Assembly (NCBI RefSeq): GCF_000196555.1
Contig: NC_015067.1
Coordinates: 510,001-542,000 of the forward strand
DNA length: 32,000 nt
Reading direction: 5' to 3'
From: Bifidobacterium longum subsp. longum JCM 1217
Lineage (GTDB): Bacteria > Actinomycetota > Actinomycetes > Actinomycetales > Bifidobacteriaceae
Notes under the pieces: model-generated
Database searches by the model: none
Told to the model about the DNA's origin: nothing
What the model saw: the letters and a program-made list of their open reading frames with translations, nothing else
Shown: positions 29,901-32,000 of the stretch, piece by piece
How positions within the stretch are numbered: position 1 is the stretch's first letter
Layout of the letters: the number at the start of each line of letters is the position of its first letter
Program-made: the position numbers and the translations under genes

Positions 29901-31009
29901 TGGTGGGGGAGGCGTGGCAAACGCCGATTACGCAGACGAATGCCGCCGTCGAATTGCCGTGGCCGGCTACCCTCAGCGACGCGGTGCATGAACAGCTGTC
30001 ACGCGGCATCGATGTCATCGCCGCAGATTCCTCGTCACTTGAGCAGCACCAAGACGCCGGCCCACTCCTGCAACGGGCACAATTGCTGGTGGACGACGCC
30101 GATTTGATGGCCGATGCCGCCAGCGGCCAGTCGCTTGATGAGGCAGTCAAAGCCAAGGCGCAACGCGTTCTGGCTGCAGGACGCCAGAACGTGACAAGCC
30201 TGCAAGCCCGCGTAGGTGGCATGAACGAACGGGAGGAGCGCCTCTACTGGCGTAGCATTATCCGCCCGATTCCGCGCATATCGTCTCCGGCGGCCGAGGC
30301 CGGCACGCAGTTCCATGCGTGGGCCGAGCAATTCATCAATGCCGGTAAGCCGGATGAAGCGGTACTGGCATATGAAGCCGAACCAAGCATGCCGCATACA
30401 GGTCAGGATGCGGGATTCGTTTCCCGGGAAGCCATGTTGGCCGATTTGGCCGAACGGGAGCGGCAATGCCGCAAGCCATCCACACGGCAGCCCGCTGTCC
30501 CACAGCCCACGGCTCAACAATCCGTATCCGCCGTATCCGCCGTATCCGCCACTTCCATAAGCAGCGACAATGCCACCGAGTCCAAGCTGGTGGCGTGGCA
30601 GCGCAGACTGGCCGAATCATCGTGGGCCAAGCGCATCCCGGCGTGGACGGAGCGTGCCATCGTCGTGGACGTGCCGGGCGTGGGCCTGGTCAATGGCAAA
30701 CTCGATGCGGTATTCATCGGTGGACTTGACCCGTCCAGCACCACCGCACGCTTTACCGTGGTCGACTGGAAAACCGGTCGTCGGCCCACCAAGCCAGACG
30801 ACATCACCCGCAAACTTGCCCAGCTCGACATGTACCGACTGCTGCTGGCAGCGGTCGAAGGTGTGGAATTGGACAGTATCGACGCCACTCTCTACTATGT
30901 CAGTGAGCCCGACGAGGGCTTGCGCGAGCTTCACGCCCGCGCGAAAACCAAACAGGAAATCCTTACCGAGTTGAGCTCCGGCATTCCCGAACAATCTGAC
31001 AACGACTGA
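26978..31009 (+). CDS. adnB: UvrD/REP-family helicase / RecB-family nuclease subunit, AdnB-like
   Basis: The start ATG at 26978 overlaps the upstream stop (ATGA, 26978-26981) and gives MSTFTPSAEQAAIIDAPVDADVLVVAGAGSGKTFTMTQRI, the UvrD N-terminus. Other motifs are VLLDEYQDTS, GDPFQSIYAWRGA, VHQSKGLEWD and YVALTRAR. The C-terminal nuclease motifs are GKLDAVF, VVDWKTGRRP and QLDMYRLL. The track's 26774 start would overlap the upstream gene by about 200 nt. Confidence 0.85.
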   Translation: MSTFTPSAEQAAIIDAPVDADVLVVAGAGSGKTFTMTQRIIALINRGVAPERILGLTFTRKAAGELLERVSAAVAGDMAGSTTATVSDRAFLKPAIFTYDAFFQTIVRQYGLLVGFDQNTQPLSAAGALQLATEVIDSHMDLAFSEDFGAFSSLANRVLALSDAIGSAMIGAGCTSFDDAINRVRQWDSAFINRLQQAVADEPMPEDEPKIPKIKRLKKDTDASWQAKLDDRAEHLHARCTYHCGALLETTRKRDILLQLVEAYAQAKRERNMAEFSDFTIAAYQLIERFPSIGERTRRRYSHVLLDEYQDTSTTQAALLAALFHVDASQRSAVNAVGDPFQSIYAWRGASPGAFRMFQQDFHLPAGYKPFPLSVTRRNSRIVLEAANNLTLPLRSNPSRPSSSLMREVDVSSLDPMPDAPEGTLGVLGFATAGQEIDAVVRFCKTAIARHRSAAEQQEQMPGEQKAPVAVLFRSKSHMPEYQAALEQAGLTTFVVGYSALLERPEIRDLMALLHVAADHTDTGSLMRLLATPRFTMSAADLTMLARFAEEQNMEQRFQALVQAGLAQPDTPANEWAAVVREYRDQVANAVFLPDVLLRGDLVKLLERLSAHGRNAITWAAVMLRQVHDAVGRPLGDVIRAGIEALDLDIDTVLAGVLHNPQHRANPALAHMPMDAIVDLVDTYTQEIAAEQTPSLHGFITWVDHLASVEDEAASLPDAPVDVELMTVHQSKGLEWDAVAVVGLTAGGFPSNQGDHLKIVLDEHHTGGTEQGHWTAPEYHETADSWLTNPTAVPVPMRADAGILPRFPHDADVEADPIASLAALDDVELIDDEVFGSMREFGDGVEEVDASGWYLTQAEEYGRRLHADERRLMYVALTRAREDALMTYCAYTGESGRDPSVVPKGSRAAQPSNFWLEVHDALQAREHAISAQDCVERLQTANAGKPMLISAQGEAIAPPEGFFIGEHAAAYSDAVVGEAWQTPITQTNAAVELPWPATLSDAVHEQLSRGIDVIAADSSSLEQHQDAGPLLQRAQLLVDDADLMADAASGQSLDEAVKAKAQRVLAAGRQNVTSLQARVGGMNEREERLYWRSIIRPIPRISSPAAEAGTQFHAWAEQFINAGKPDEAVLAYEAEPSMPHTGQDAGFVSREAMLADLAERERQCRKPSTRQPAVPQPTAQQSVSAVSAVSATSISSDNATESKLVAWQRRLAESSWAKRIPAWTERAIVVDVPGVGLVNGKLDAVFIGGLDPSSTTARFTVVDWKTGRRPTKPDDITRKLAQLDMYRLLLAAVEGVELDSIDATLYYVSEPDEGLRELHARAKTKQEILTELSSGIPEQSDND
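30524..30550 (+). repeat. 3 x 9-bp perfect in-frame tandem repeat (gtatccgcc) encoding VSA VSA VSA
   Basis: Read directly from the sequence, in the linker before the AdnB-like nuclease domain. Confidence 0.85.
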
Positions 31010-31168
31010 GCCCAAAGGCTCATGACCTGTACAGCATCGGACGGCCTTCACCGGTGGAGAGACCTTATGCATCGCAAGGCATCTCCGACGATGAAGACGA
31101 CTGGCCACGTACCGGTCCGCGGTTGAAACGCACCGCGTGACGTTGCCCGGGAACCGCTACCCTCGGAT

Positions 31169-31194
31169 GGCACGTGTGGGCGGGCGCACGTGCC
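31169..31194. promoter_or_regulatory. Inverted repeat GGCACGTG-N10-CACGTGCC upstream of the MFS gene (candidate operator or hairpin)
   Basis: The two 8-bp arms are perfect, and each contains the palindrome CACGTG. The element ends 26 nt before the GTG start at 31221. Confidence 0.3.
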
Positions 31195-31220
31195 GGACAA
31201 CGCACCAGTAAGGAGTTATT

Positions 31221-32000
31221 GTGTCCACGACTCGCGCGGTTTCGAAGTCGTCCGCTGCCCACTCGCCCTACCAGCGCCTGTTCATGCTGCCCGGAGCCAA
31301 GGCGTTCTGCCTGTCCGGCGCGGTGGCACGATTGCCGATCTCCATGATGAGTCTCGGCATCGTTCTGGCGCTCAACCATCTCTACGACAATTGGACCATC
31401 GCCGGCACCATGAGCGCCGCCTATGTGCTGGCCATGAGCTGCGTCACCCCGTTCTACGCCCGCGCCTTCGACCGTTTCGGCCAAGCCCGCGTGGGCCGGC
31501 TTGCGCTCGCCGTGCAGATTGTGGCCATGCTCGCCTTCGCCTTCGCGGCGTTGGTGCGCGTGCCGATTCCGCTGCTGTTCGTCCTGGCCATCATCATGGG
31601 TCTGACGCAGTTCTCATTCGGCGCATTGGTCCGAACACGCTGGTCCTATGCGTTGCGCGGTGTGGAAGATGGTGAACAGCTGCTCAACACGGCCTACGCC
31701 ATGGAAGCCGCCATTGACGAGATCGTCTTTATTCTGGGGCCGATTCTGGCGGCTTGGCTGGCCACCTCCGTGCATCCGGTATCCCAACTGTTCGTGCCCA
31801 CCGTGGCATGCGGTATCGGCGGCACCATATTCTTCTCGCTGAAATCCACCCAGCCACCGGTTATCGTGGAACAGGTCACCGTGGCCGCGCACGATGACGG
31901 CAGCCCTGCTGCAAGCGAAGATGCCGACCAGCTGACCCTGCGCCAGCTCAAACGCAGCGGCGCCAAGCCCAAGAGCGTATTGCTCTATGCCGGCGTACTG
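31221..32000 (+). CDS. MFS-type transporter, 3'-truncated by the window edge
   Basis: This ORF is absent from the ORF track because it has no stop in the window. GTG 31221 is preceded by AGGAG with a 5-nt spacer. My own translation VSTTRAVSKSS...LPISMMSLGIVLALNHLY...FYARAFDRFGQARVGR... stays open for 260 codons to base 32000. It shows several hydrophobic helices and the MFS motif-A-like D-R-x-G-x-x-R loop. Confidence 0.65.
   Translation, partial: MSTTRAVSKSSAAHSPYQRLFMLPGAKAFCLSGAVARLPISMMSLGIVLALNHLYDNWTIAGTMSAAYVLAMSCVTPFYARAFDRFGQARVGRLALAVQIVAMLAFAFAALVRVPIPLLFVLAIIMGLTQFSFGALVRTRWSYALRGVEDGEQLLNTAYAMEAAIDEIVFILGPILAAWLATSVHPVSQLFVPTVACGIGGTIFFSLKSTQPPVIVEQVTVAAHDDGSPAASEDADQLTLRQLKRSGAKPKSVLLYAGVL

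Noticed and set aside
31190-31675. 161-aa + strand ORF from the track near the window end
   Set aside because: It is out of frame with the GTG-31221 reading frame. That frame has an AGGAG RBS, hydrophobic helices and an MFS motif, and stays open to the window edge. The track ORF encodes Arg/Pro-rich sequence.

Overview
High-GC (about 60%) actinobacterial chromosome, most likely Bifidobacterium-like judging from the RpoB/RpoC sequences (inference). The window has four blocks. (1) The 3' part of rpoB plus complete rpoC on the + strand, separated by a structured 167-nt spacer and closed by a bidirectional hairpin terminator. (2) An eight-gene minus-strand operon-like cluster at 22539->7706. It encodes a Ser/Thr kinase with an extracellular Fn3-like domain, a 1994-aa membrane-anchored cadherin/Ig-like plus Fn3 repeat protein, a MoxR AAA+ ATPase, a DUF58 protein, a transglutaminase-fold polytopic membrane protein, a PP2C phosphatase, a duplicated helical-repeat protein and an FHA protein. 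(3) A translationally coupled pair of oversized UvrD-motor/RecB-nuclease genes (AdnA/AdnB-like) on the + strand. (4) The 5' part of an MFS transporter gene. The cluster in (2) is the most interesting element. It joins a MoxR-DUF58-transglutaminase module to a kinase/phosphatase/FHA phospho-threonine module and a giant surface protein. Its transglutaminase fold appears to have lost the whole Cys-His-Asp triad. Two components carry Ser/Thr-rich repeat tails that look like phospho-acceptor sites. I saw no tRNA, rRNA, CRISPR array or mobile element. Many long ORFs in the track are antisense or out-of-frame artefacts of high GC content.
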